NCBI RefSeq assembly: GCF_963921235.1
Contig: NC_086098.1
Location: 2,232,001-2,296,000 of the forward strand
DNA: 64,000 nucleotides
From: Mobula hypostoma
Lineage: Eukaryota
Reading direction: 5' to 3'
The notes below the pieces were generated by a model that worked only from the letters and a program-made list of their open reading frames with translations, had not been told where the DNA came from and ran no database searches. Shown here one piece after another: positions 49,291-61,186 of this stretch (position 1 is the first letter of the stretch; each line of letters begins with the position of its first letter). A program made the position numbers and the translations under genes.

Positions 49291-49850
49291 GGTTGTCATA
49301 GCCGGGGGGGGGGGGGCTGTGAGGATAAGCTCCCACTACCTGTTAAATGCTCGCAATGGTGTGCATCTCAAATAGCCTCTGACAACCAAGTCCAGTTCCT
49401 GGCCTTCATGTGTGGCTTAGCTACTAAGCCCAACAGAACTATTTCTACTGACAGTAGGAGGGCAAAGACAGGTTACTGATGCCTTAAAACCAATCACTTC
49501 GGGCAAATGGGGCTCATCAACTGTGGCTGGCCACTCATCTAGAAGGAAAACTCTGATCTCAGACCACTGTTGCCTTTCAGGTGAACCCACTCAGGGGGTA
49601 GGCTTCAGGATCGAACGCAGAGGAAAAATCCAGAGCCGGAGACTCTAAGGCAGTCCTACATTAGGTTCAACACTGACCGTCAAATCCTACGATGGCACTA
49701 GCGCCAAACTGTATGGTCTCTGCTATTCCTTTGAATTCATCAGCTGTATGGCGAGGGAGAGCCTGCTCTCCATATCATATTGCCTTGTCTTGCATGGACA
49801 TTAAGGCCACAACATCCATGGTCAATCCTGATCAACGGAGGGCCTACAAA
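49291..49850 (+). mobile_element. RTE-derived non-autonomous element (non-coding)
   Basis: AGAAGGAAAACTCTGATCTC motif recalled from RTE 5' regions; 3' part shared with the SINE at 23958-24261; possible TTAT TSD. Confidence 0.55.
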
Positions 49851-50135
49851 TTATAAATACTTCAGTCTGCTCTTTATCAATTACAGCTCAGCATTTTACG
49901 GCATCATCCCCTCAAAACTAATCAATAAGCTCCCAAGACCTGGGTCTCAATACCCCTTTGTGCAATTGAATCCTGGATTTTCTCATTTGTAGTCGTCAGT
50001 CAGTCTGGATTGGCAAAAACATCTCCTCCACAATCTCCATCAGCACAGGAGCACTGCAAGGATGTGTATTTACCCCCCTGCTCTACTGTCTGGAATTGAA
50101 AGGATGAAGGGGATCTCACTGAAAGCATTTGAACG

Positions 50136-51022
50136 TGTTACGTAACCAGCAACAATGAATATCAATCGAGACAGGTTATATAAAAACAACCAAACATTTA
50201 TTAAACACGGATAAACGATTAAAAAAACAAACAAAAACTTTAACCGGAAGTTAACCGTTATGCAGCCGTTCAACAAATCATCACTCGGCACTGGTTCTTA
50301 AAGCGTTAAATGTGAAAACAGCTCTTAAAGCGATAAAGTCAGATATCGTTCTTAAAATGGTAAATTCAAAATTCCAACAGATTTATGCGTTCAATTGGGA
50401 GAGACTTCTCTGGAGAAGGATTTCTTCATAGACGCGACTTTCCTGCTGGTTCTGTCCACAGGATTCGCAATGCAGTGAATAAACAGTTTAAAACAACTGA
50501 CCTTAATTTCTTTTAGAGAGAGCAAACCTTTGCATGAACTCTTTGCTCTTTTGGCAAGAGTCATCTGTGATGCAGGTCGCTACTCCTTCAACGAAGACTC
50601 AATAAGGTCGACCCTTTGTTAAACTGCTGAACGATACTGACTCCTCTCAACCCTTTGGGTCCTGTACTTCGATAAAGTCTTCACTCTCCTGTACTACTAC
50701 TGGAATAAGGTACATCAACACATCTAGCAAAAATTTCCAGTCCAGAAATATTTTACCTTGCAACAGAATGCACAACCATTTTAAAAATGAAACTGCGTCA
50801 CAAAAACAAACACGCAACAGAAACGGAGACGTAGCACATTCTACCTGGAAATCTAAAAACTAAAGACTAACTGCGTCATCTGGGGTCTACCCTTATATAG
50901 CCGTAGTGCACATGTCATCACGTGACCTCACATCGGCGGGAAAATTACATCAGGTGACCTCCAAAAGACCATTACATCATTCTCACAAAAAAAAATCACA
51001 GATCTCCTCGAGGCACGTAACA
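50136..51022 (-). mobile_element. Solo LTR (887 bp)
   Basis: Terminal inverted repeat TGTTACGT...ACGTAACA; TSD AACG/AATG (50132-50135 and 51023-51026); TATATAA near 50895 and AATAAA near 50200 on the minus strand; interrupts a CR1 remnant (about 50088-51270). Confidence 0.9.
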
Positions 51023-51269
51023 AATGTTAGAAGACCGAGACAGCAGATGTGGAAAGGATGTCTATGACAAAAGCGCACAGCCTCAGGATAGAGGGTTGTC
51101 CATTTAAAACAGATATGTGGAGAAATTTATTTAGCCAGAGGGTGGTGAATTTGTGAAATTTATTACCACAGGCAGGTCGAGGCCAGTTTGATAGGTTCTT
51201 GATTGGACATAGCATCAAAGGTTACGGGGAGAAGGCTGGAGAATGGGGATGAGGAGGGGAGAAAAGGAC

Positions 51270-52701
51270 CAGCCAGGTGTTGACATTCTTGTCAGTGTTC
51301 TTCATGTGGTGCTTGAGCATATCTTTGTAGAGCAGTTTCTGACCACCACGCTTCCTCTTTCCTTCATGTAGCTCGCCATAGAAAACAGCTTTGGGTAAAC
51401 GATCATCGCTCATTCTTGTGACATGACCAGTCCAGTGCAGCTGTGAAGCTGTAATGAGCGATTCTACGCTGACTGTCCCAGCACGTTTGAGCACCTCCAC
51501 ATCTGCTACCCTCCCTTGTCACTTGATGTGTAATATTTGGCGTAAATGCCTGTGTTGTGTCTTGGTCAACTTCTTGATGTGCTTCCGATACAATGTCATT
51601 GTTTCAGTTGAATAAAGCAGAGATGGTAGAACAGCTGTGTTATACACTTTGACCTTGGTTGCCATTTTAATGTCATGGCAAGACCAAATTCGTTTCTGCA
51701 AAGCACCAAAGACTTTTGTAGCTGATCGAATTCTCCTCTCAACTTTCAGACCTGATGAGTTGGTGTTGGTCACAGCGCTTCCCAAGTATGTGAAAAAGTC
51801 AGAACATTTCAGCACTACCCTATTGACCGATATGACTGGTAGTTGGGTCTCACTGGGACTACACAGGGAAGGAGGCTGGTACAGAAGTTCAGTTTTGGAG
51901 ACATTGATTCTTAGGCCAAAAAGAGTGGCAGCAAACGAGAAGCGGTCCACAATTTCTTGAATCACATTAACATCAGTAGCAACCAGGACTGAGTCATCTG
52001 CATACAGAAGCTCTCTGAAACAAGTCTCTCTTGATTTGGTTGAAGACTTGAGTCTTGACAGGTTGAACAATTTTCCATCTGAGTGAGTCCTGAGGTACAC
52101 ACCTTTGTCCAAATTATGGTCCGTTATTTCCAAACCTGCAGCAAGATATCGTGTGAACAAAGTTGGAGCAAGAATGCATCCCTGTTTTACCCCGTGGTTG
52201 ATGGTGAAGGCTTCGCTGACATCTCCTCCAATAGATACTTTGCCAGACATGTTCTCATGAAACAACCTGATCATCGAAACCAGCCTATCTGGTCTGGACA
52301 GCCATAAGTTCTGAGCACTTCCCAGAGTGTTTCTCTGTCCACTGTATCAAATACTTATGAGAAATCAACAAAGACAATGTTCAATGGTTGCTGCTGTTCT
52401 ACCGCCTTCTCCTGGAGTTGCCTCAAAGTAAAATTCATGTCAGTGGTTGCTCTTCCAGTCCGAAGGCCACGTTAGCTTTCAGGAAGCACATCTTCTGAGA
52501 TGATCTTGAGCCAGTTGAGCAGTAGCTTCGCCATCATCTTGCCAGCCGTGGACAAAAGGGAGATTCCTCGGTGGTTTCCACAAACACAACAGTCGCCTTT
52601 CTTCTTGTAGATGCTGACTATCAGTGCATCTTTGAAGTCCTGAGGGAGACATTGACTCTGCCAACAAGCATTCAACAGTTCAGGATAATGCTTTCCACCT
52701 C
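51270..52701 (-). mobile_element. RTE-clade LINE RT fragment
   Basis: PQDFKDALIVSIYKKKGD..CGNHRGISLLS, GVKQGCILAPTLF, ELLYADD, FTYLGS, LHWTGHVTRMSDDRLPKAVFYGEL. Confidence 0.9.
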
Positions 52702-53979
52702 TATATATATATATAAAATCGTAACTGTTTAGTAAATTTCCTTGTGGACACATTATGTATATGCAGTTGTTCAGAGCACCCCCTGGTAATCACAGTAGGT
52801 ACATGCAATTGTTCAGCGTATCCCTTCGTGGTTGCAGTTTCATCTCTTTCTCAAAACTTCTTTGGTATTTTTATAATAGGGTCTCCCTGATTGATTAACT
52901 CTTATCTATAATTTTGAATGGAATATGTCTTGACTATGGTATAAAAAAAGCTGAACACATTGCCTCGACACCTTTAGTCTTTCTCTGTTCTTTGTTCTTA
53001 GCTGCTAGACTTTCGTTATTCTACATTTCCAATTCTCTTTGTTCTATTAGCATTGAATAAAACAATGATAAGACAAGTTTTAAGCCTCTTTCTTGTCTTG
53101 AACCTTGGATCAAAAAGATCAGAATTAAACAGCTGATTTGTCACATGTATATTGGAACAATGAAACGCACAGGGAAATGCGCCTGTTTGTGCCAATGACC
53201 AACACAGTCTGAGAATGTGCTGGGGGCAAATTGTAAGTACAGTATTGTCATACTTCCAGCACCAGCATTGCATGCCCACAATTTGAACTGAACATTGATC
53301 AGTGACTGCGGGCCCCGCAGACTGATCTGCTAACTGCTACACTATGTAAGTATCTACAACAGTCAAGGAGAATATTTCATGTTAACTGCCCTAATTTACA
53401 TGCAGGTGAATTCTGAAAGTTTCATTAAATCCATCTGTTAAGATTTTACACTATTTTTCCATGGCTAAAAACATTGGATTCTTCATCTTCGTCAATTAGG
53501 AATGGTAAAAAAACATTAAAACAGAAAGCGTGGAGGCAGGCAGGTGGCTCAGTGGGTGGAAGTGAAACCTACTGTGCCATAGATTGGTAAAACATCAGCT
53601 GGCATTTGTCGTCTCACAGATGGTGAGTTCAGATCTCAGGTTCACTGTCAAAGCACAAACAAAACTTTTCTCCCAATGGGGAAGAAGCAGTTAGACACCA
53701 GCTTTGAGAATGTTCCGGGTCAGTTTAGCCATCCGTTTAGTAATGGCACAACACATAAGTAGAGATTCATTTACTTAATCACTTATTTAGTGGAGCACAC
53801 AGGGAGGTTGTTCTGACCATCAGGTGAACTCCAGCAGAGCAGTCTCTTCAGCCCCAGACTCCTTCCCTTTTTCCCTATAGATCTGCAATGTATTGAGACG
53901 TTATCAAGGACTGGTAAGTAACCTCACTTGGAGCATGGTGAGCAGTTTTGGGCCACTTATCTTAGAAAGGATGTGCTGA

Positions 53980-54768
53980 CATAGAAACATAGAAACATAG
54001 AAAATAGGTGCAGGAGTAGGCCATTCGGCCCTTCGAACCTGCACCGCCATTTATTATGATCATGGCTGATCATCCAACTCAGAACCCCGCCCCAGCCTTC
54101 CCTCCATACCCCCTGATCCCTTTAGTCACAAGGGCCATATCTAACTCCCTCTTAAATATAGCCAATGAACTGGCCTCAACAGTTTCCTGTGGCAGAGAAA
54201 TCCACAGATTCACCACTCTCTGTGTGAAGAAGTTTTTCCTAATCTCAGTCCTAAAAGGCTTCCCCCTTATCCTCAAACTGTGATCCCTCGTTCTGGACTT
54301 CCCCAACATCGGGAACAATCTTCCTGCATCTAGCCTGTCCAATCCCTTTAGGATTTTATACGTTTCAATCAGATCCCCCCACAATCTTCTAAATTCCAAC
54401 GAGAACAAGCCTAGTTCATCCAGTCTTTCTTTATATGAAAGTCCTGCCATCCCAGGAATCAATCTGGTGAACCTTCTTTGTACTCCCTCTATGGCAAGGA
54501 TGTCTTTCCTCAGATTAGGGGACCAAAACTGCACACAATGCTCCAGGTGTGGTCTCACCAAGGCCTTGTACAACTGCAGTAGTACCTCCCTGCTCCTGTA
54601 CTCGAATCCTCTCGCTATAAATGCCAGCATACCATTCGCCTTTTTCACCGCCTGCTGTTACCTGCATGCCCACTTTCAATGACTGGTGTATAATGACACC
54701 CAGGTCTCGTTGCACCTCCCCTTTTCCTAATCGGCCACTATTCAGATAATAATCTGTTTTCCTATTGT
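53980..54768 (-). mobile_element. Young CR1 3' fragment (family of 35083-36571)
   Basis: ORF 54079-54648 nearly identical to the C-terminus of ORF 35180-36784. Confidence 0.93.
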
Positions 54769-54801
54769 CATGTGAGGAGCATTTGATGACTCTGGCCCTC
54801 G

Positions 54802-55187
54802 AAGTCAAGTCAAGTCAAATCACTTTTTATTGTTATTTCAACCATAACTGCTGGTACAGAACATAGTAAAAATCAGACAATGTTTTCCAGGACCATGGTG
54901 CTACATGAAACAATACAAAAACTACACTGAACTACGTAAGAAAAAAAAAACACAAACACTACACTAGACTACAGATCTATCCAGGACTGCATAAAGCGCA
55001 CAAAAACAGTGCAGGCATTACAATAAATAATAATAAATAATAAACAAGGTAATAGGCACAGTAGAGGGCAGTAGGCTGGTGTCAAGCCAGGCTCTGGGTA
55101 TTGAGGAGTCTGATGGCTTGGGGGAAGAAACTGTTACATAGTCTGGTCGTGAGAGCCTGAATGCTTTTTCCAGATGGCAGGAGGGAT
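54802..55187 (-). mobile_element. Rex1/Babar-type 3' end with (TTGAC)n tail
   Basis: Minus strand LLPSG..SFFPQAIRLLN remnant plus tail; sister copy 14578-14800. Confidence 0.7.
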
Positions 55188-56671
55188 CTACTCACTGGAA
55201 TTCAGAAGAATGAGGGGGAACTTCATTGAAAGGTCTCGATAGAGTGGATGTGGAAAGCATCCATTTCTATGGTGGGGGAGTGGAAAGGCCAGAGGACAGA
55301 GTCTCAGAGCAGAGGGATCCTTCATTTAGAATGGAGATGAGGAGAAATTTCTTCAGCCAGACAGTGGTGAGTCTGTGTAATTCATTGCCACAGGCAGCTG
55401 TGGAGGCTAAGTCATTGGGTATATTTAAGGCAAAGGCTGATAGATTCCTGATTAATCAGGGTATCAAAGGTTAAAGGGAGATGGTAGGATATTAGGGCTG
55501 AAAGGGAAAATGGATCAGCCATGATGAAATGGTGGAGCAGATTCGATGAGCCAAAAGGCTTAATTCTACTCCTATATCTTATTGACTTATGGCTCTATAT
55601 TCTCTCTCACATCCCCACCAAGAACCCCCTTTACAAAAAAAAAACAGAAATAAGCTTTATTTGTCACATGTGTATCAAAATAGACAGTGATGTGCATTGT
55701 TTTATATCAATGATATCACAGTCTGAGGATGTGCTAGGGGCAGCCTGCAATCACACAGGATGCCCACAACTTATTCACCCCGATTCGTATGTCTATGGAA
55801 TTCTTCAGCATTTCACTTCATAAGGTCAAGTGTTTCTTAGACACCGTTTTCTACTGTCCATGTTAAATTAGCTTTATTTTCCACATGTTCATTGAAAAAT
55901 GAAAACACTGAAATGGGATGTCTTGCTGCTAGAGGCAGCCTGCAAGTGTCACAATGCTACCAGTGTCACCATTGCATCATCAATAAAAATACCTTTTCTT
56001 AATTAAACTGTGTTAGATTATTGCCATAAACAGTGAAGGGGCGAGTGGTGGTGAGATGAGTTTGGAGGATGAATCAATGCAAGTGGAGTTCTGATGCCCA
56101 TACAGCTGGCCTGGGAGTGAGGTAGATCGCTCTGGGTGTCATAAAGTGGAGACCCAAGCAGAGGAGATTTGATTTCAATGCTCGTACAACTGGCTCAGGT
56201 GTGAAGTTGGATTGCTCTAGCTGTCCAGCTAATTTGAAGAGATTGAGAGTGGATTTGGTAGGACAACAAAACCTGGGCCCAGTGCAAGTTGCTGGGCGGC
56301 GTGGTCTAGGCCTGGGGCCTTTTGCAGCGGCGGTGTCTGGGTCAATGCGGTGTTCAGACAATTTAAAGGCTGGCCCAGATTGGAGGCGAGAGGCAATTTT
56401 GCTTGATCTCCGCAATCTTCACTTCACTCTCAGGACATGGAGCCTTTTGCTGTTCTGTCATTGGGTCAATCTAAACACCAGCACAGAAAGACAGAAAAGC
56501 AGGTGTCGGTCGGGATGACAGCCAATTTTGCTTGTTCTCCCCGATGGTCATCTCCATGTTGCTGAGGCTATGAAGATGGCCCAGCTGCTATGCTCCTTGC
56601 CCGCTAATATGATGAACTGATAAGTGAGGTTTTGGGCCTGCTCTGGGCTGCTCCAGGGTTTGGATCTGAGG

Positions 56672-57360
56672 AGTCATTGACACAGTGGTGCCAAGATAAC
56701 AACCTCTCCCTCAATGCCCAAAAACAAAAGAGCATTATGGATTACAGGAGGAACGGAGACAGGCTTGCCCCGAACAACGTCAATGGCTCTGCAGTTGAGA
56801 GAGTGAGTAATTTCAAGTTCCTCAGTACACACATCACCGATGATCTCACCTGGACTGTACAAATCAGCTGTGTGGTAAAAAAAAAGCACAACAGCATCTC
56901 TTCCACCTCAGGCGACTGAAGAATTCAGCATGAGCCCCCCAAATCCTCAAGACCTTCTACAGGGTCACCGTTGAGAGCATTCTGACAGGCTGTATCACTG
57001 CCTGATATGGGAACTGCACCAACCTTGATCGCTGGGCACTGCAGAGAGTGGTATGGACAGCCCAGCGCATCTGTGGATGTGAACCTCCCTCCATTGAAGA
57101 CATTTACAGCAGCAGGTGCAGAAAGAAGGTCTGGAAGATCATCAGGGACACCAGTCACCCCAACCTTAAACTGTTCCAGCTGCTTTCGTCTGGCAAACGG
57201 CACTGCAGCTTTAAAGCCAGGACCAACAGGCTATGGGTCAGCTTCTATCCACAAGCCATTAGACTTATAAATTCACATGTCTGTACATTGTGACAGAGCC
57301 ATAACGCAAAGATTTTTACTCCCTCATGCTGTGAGACTGATGTAAGATTTAAATAAATTC
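56672..57360 (+). mobile_element. Rex1/Babar LINE 3' fragment
   Basis: LTQWCQDNNLSLNA, VERVSNFKFLSTHITDDLTW, LLSSGKRH..SFYPQAIRLIN. Confidence 0.85.
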
Positions 57361-58425
57361 TAAACAAAATTTTTGGTTTTGAATGCTGTTACTTGCTTCA
57401 ATTGTTTGCATGACCTGTATTTTTCTTTCCTTCTCTTGAGTATTGAGTGCTAGTCTTTTACTTCTATTCTTTTTTTTCTTTAAATTGGGTTCTTTCAAGT
57501 TTCTGCTTTGTGGCTGCATGTGAGCGAGCAAATCTCAAGGTTGTATAATTTATTCATTATTTGATCACTAATATACTTCAATCTTGCATCTTGAATGTCC
57601 ACAACTCACTGACTCTTCCCGAATTCATATGTCTTTGGAATGTGGGAGGAAATCTGAGCACCTGGAGGAAACCCATGTGGTCACGGGGAGATCATAGAGA
57701 CTTGTCAGAGACAGTTTCTCAACATAGATGGATTGTATGTCCATAAAGTGACGTTAGGCATGGGAGTGCCTGTACATACGTGACTCTGACGGGAAATGAT
57801 AAAGTAATGGTGGTTGTGGGTGTGGATGGGAGGGTCTGTGGGTGGAGATGTAGACTGGTCTTACTGCTTGGAGAAAGTAATTTTTTTTTGAGTCTGGAAG
57901 TCCTGGTCTGGAATCAAAGAAAGGAAGTATTCTAACCTATTTTGTTTTCCTTTACTCTGCATACAAGAAATCGTATTAAACAGTCTTGAGTCTTGAAGGA
58001 ATCAAGGCAAAGAAGTATATCAGAGTTTTCCACATATTTGGGAGGGGGGGCGGGGGTAGAGGGCACCTGGTAGAAATAGTAGGCAAATACAAACTTGTCA
58101 TATGGGAACTTTTTTAACCAATGAACTCTGCGTGATAGAAAAATTCACACAGTAGGCAAAATTCCATTTGAAATGAATTGGCACCATTAAAGTTGAAAGT
58201 ACACCTTCTTTAAGAGGTGATTGGCATTATAATTCTTTGCAGATGGAGGAGCCCTGTCAGTTATGGTGCTTAAGATATCTTAAAATGAGGAAGTATAAAA
58301 AGGAAATTAATAAAGTTTCTAGGATGTTTGACAGTCTTTGTGGTGTGTGTTTTTTTTTATGGATTCTGTAGTATATCTTTGTTTTGTGGCTGCCTATGAA
58401 TTTCAAGTTGTATATAGTATACATA

Positions 58426-58617
58426 AACAAGAGAAAATCTGTAGATGCTGGAAATCCAAGCAACACACACAAATTGCTGGAGGAACTCAGCCAGGCCAGG
58501 CAGCATCCATGGAAAAGAGTACAGTCGATGTTTTGGGCTGAGACGCTTCAGCAGGACTGATGAAAAAAGATGAGGAGTAGAGTTAAAAAGTGGGGGGAGG
58601 GGAGGGAGAAACACAAA
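58426..58617 (-). mobile_element. Penelope-like pLTR with CUGCUGA hammerhead variant
   Basis: Minus strand CAGTC-CTGCTGA-AGCGTCTCAGCCC-AAAA-CATC-GACTG at 58522-58558. Confidence 0.8.
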
Positions 58618-60130
58618 GTATAGTATCATTTTCCAATGTTCTATAGATTCAGGATCAGTTCCTGTGGATTGGAGGGTGGCTAATGTTGTCCCACTTTTCA
58701 AGAAAGGAGGGAGAGAGAGAACAGGGAATTATAGACCGGTTAGCCTGACGTCAGTGATGGGAAAGATGCTGGAGTCAATTATAAAAGATGAAATTACGAC
58801 ACATTTGGATAGCAGTAACAGGATAGGTCCAAGTCAGCATGGATTTACGAAAGGGAAATCATGCTTGACTAATCTTCTGGAATTTTTTGAGGATGTAACA
58901 ATGAAAATGGACAAGGGAGAGCCAGTGGATGCAGTGTACCTGAACTTTCAGAAAGCCTTTGATAAAGTCCCACATAGGAGATTAGTGGGCAAAATTAGGG
59001 CACATGGTTTTGGGGGCAGAGTACTGACATGGACTGAAAATTGGCTGGCTGACAGAAAACAAAGAGTAGCGATTAACGGGTCCCTTTCGGAATGGCAGGT
59101 GGTGACCAGTGGGGTACCGCAGGGTACAGTGCTGGGACCACAGCTGTTTACAATATACATTAATGATTTAGACAAAGGGATTAAAAGTAACATTAGCAAA
59201 TTTGCAGATGACACAAAGCTGGGTGGCAGTGTGAAATGTGAGGAGGATGTTATAAGAATGCAGGGTGACTTGGACAGGCTGGGTGAGTGGGCAGATGCAT
59301 GGCAGATACAGTTTAATGTGGATAAATGTGAGGTTATCCACTTTGGTGGTAAGAACAGGAAGGCAGATTATTATCTAAATGGAGTCAAGTTAGGAAAAAG
59401 GGAAGTACAACGAGATCTAGGTGTTCTTGTACATCAGGCACTGAAAGGAAGCATGCAAGTACAGCAGGCAGTGAAGAAAGCTAATGGCATGCTGGCCTTC
59501 ATAACAAGGGGAATTGAGTATAGGATCAAATAGGTCCTTCTGCAGCTGTACAGGGCCCTGGTGAGACCACACCTGGAGTACTGTGTGCAGTTTTGGTCTC
59601 CAAATTTGAGGAAGGACATTCTTGCTATTGAGGGAGTGCAGCGTAGATTCACAAGGCTAATTCCTGGGATGGCGGGACTGTCATATGTTGAAAGATTGGA
59701 GCAACTGGACTTGTATACACTGGAATTTAGAAGGATGAGAGGGGATCTGATTGAAACACATAAGATTATTAAGGGATTGGACACGCTGGAGGCAGGAAGC
59801 ATGTTCCTGCTGATGGGTGAGTCCAGAACCAGAGGCCACAGTTTAAGAATAAGGGGTAGGTCATTTAAAACGGAGTTGAGGAAAAACTTCTTCACCCAGA
59901 GAGTGGCGGATATGTGGAATGCTCTGCCTCAGAAGACTGTGGAGGCCAAGTCTCTGGATGTTTTCAAGAAAGAGATGGATAGAGTGCTTAAAGATAGAGG
60001 AATCAAAGGTTATGGGGATTAGGCAGGAACTGGAGACTGATTGTGGATGATCAGCCATGATCACAGTGAATGGTGGTGCTGGTTCGAAGGGCTGAATGGC
60101 CTATTCCTGCGCCTATTGTCTATTGTCTAT
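58618..60130 (+). mobile_element. CR1 LINE, 5' truncated
   Basis: ORFs 58664-59533 (QGTVLGP, FADD) and 59561-60022; (CTATTGT)n tail. Confidence 0.93.
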
Positions 60131-60384
60131 ACACACTTTGCTAATAAATGTACTTTGGACTTTGAAATTTGTAAATAATTTACTTTTATTAGTGCATTCA
60201 TTTAGCCTTTTCCAAACACTGGTAAAATGTTCTATAATTACAAATATATGGAAAGAAGGTTGAAATAAAAAAGCAGAGAGTGGAGACAACAGTTATGTAT
60301 CCTCATGAAGTCGTGAAATACTCGCTTGGATTAGAGTACACCTTGTTCAGTTGTTTGTTGCAAGGTTATAGTCATTTTCAGTTT

Positions 60385-60935
60385 TATTATCTCTGAGATG
60401 TGTTGTGAAACGTGTTATATAGCCGAAGCTGTACACAGAATAGATAACAATTACTATAAGTGACAATATGAACTATAAAAAATAAATAAGTCGTGCAAAA
60501 AGTAAAGCAAAGATAGTGAGGAAGCTTGTTCAGAAATCTGACGGTGGAGAGTAAAAGAAGCTTTTCCTGCAAACGCTGAGTGTGGGTCTCCAGGCTCCTG
60601 TGTCCCCTTCCTCGACGTAGAAATGAGTAGAGAGCGTGCTCTGCGTGGTGAAGGGCCTTCATGATGGATGACAACTCCCTGAGTCGCTGCCTTCTGAAAT
60701 ATCCTCAGTGGTAGGGAGGCTAGAGCCCGTGATAGAACTGGTTGAGTAGACAATACTCTACAATCTCTTCAATTATTGGGGCCTCCATACCAGACGTTAA
60801 TGTAACCAGTCAGAATGTTCTCCAAGGTACATCTGTCGACATTTGCAATTGTGATACTCCAAACCTCCTCAAGCTCCCAATGAAGTATAGTGCTAGTTGA
60901 CCTTCTTCACAATTGTATCGATACGTAGATCCAAG
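60385..60935 (-). mobile_element. Rex1/Babar-type 3' remnant
   Basis: SSIMKALHHAEHALYSFLRRGRGHRSL..STVRFLN, a decayed version of the 22945-23350 motif. Confidence 0.65.
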
Positions 60936-60947
60936 CACCAATAGCTG

Positions 60948-60979
<32 letters not shown>
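60948..60979. repeat. (TG)n microsatellite
   Basis: Read directly. Confidence 0.95.
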
Positions 60980-60981
<2 letters not shown>

Positions 60982-61186
60982 CTTTGTTGTAGATGCGTAA
61001 GAGAGGGAATAGTTCTAATTAATAAAAGGAACCTGCTTGGGCAGATTGCTCTCCTAATAGGGCTAATAGGTTCAAGCAAGGGCTGCTCCTAACAAATAAT
61101 CAACGTTGAAAAATAAAGCAGGCTTAGCTGGAAATATATCTCTCTCAATATTCAAAATGTGCTTAAAGAGATCATTCTGATCTGAT

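Larger units (their letters stand above)
53885..55590 (+). mobile_element. Old CR1 3' fragment hosting two insertions
   Basis: Pieces 53885-53980, 54766-54800 and 55188-55590 are colinear CR1. Confidence 0.75.

Noticed and set aside
49291..49470. HDV-like ribozyme
   Set aside because: TTCATGT resembles an L3 loop, but P1/P2/P3/P4 could not be assembled consistently
56074..56518. GC-rich ORFs on both strands
   Set aside because: No protein motifs; looks like the non-coding part of a repeat whose tail resumes near 57361
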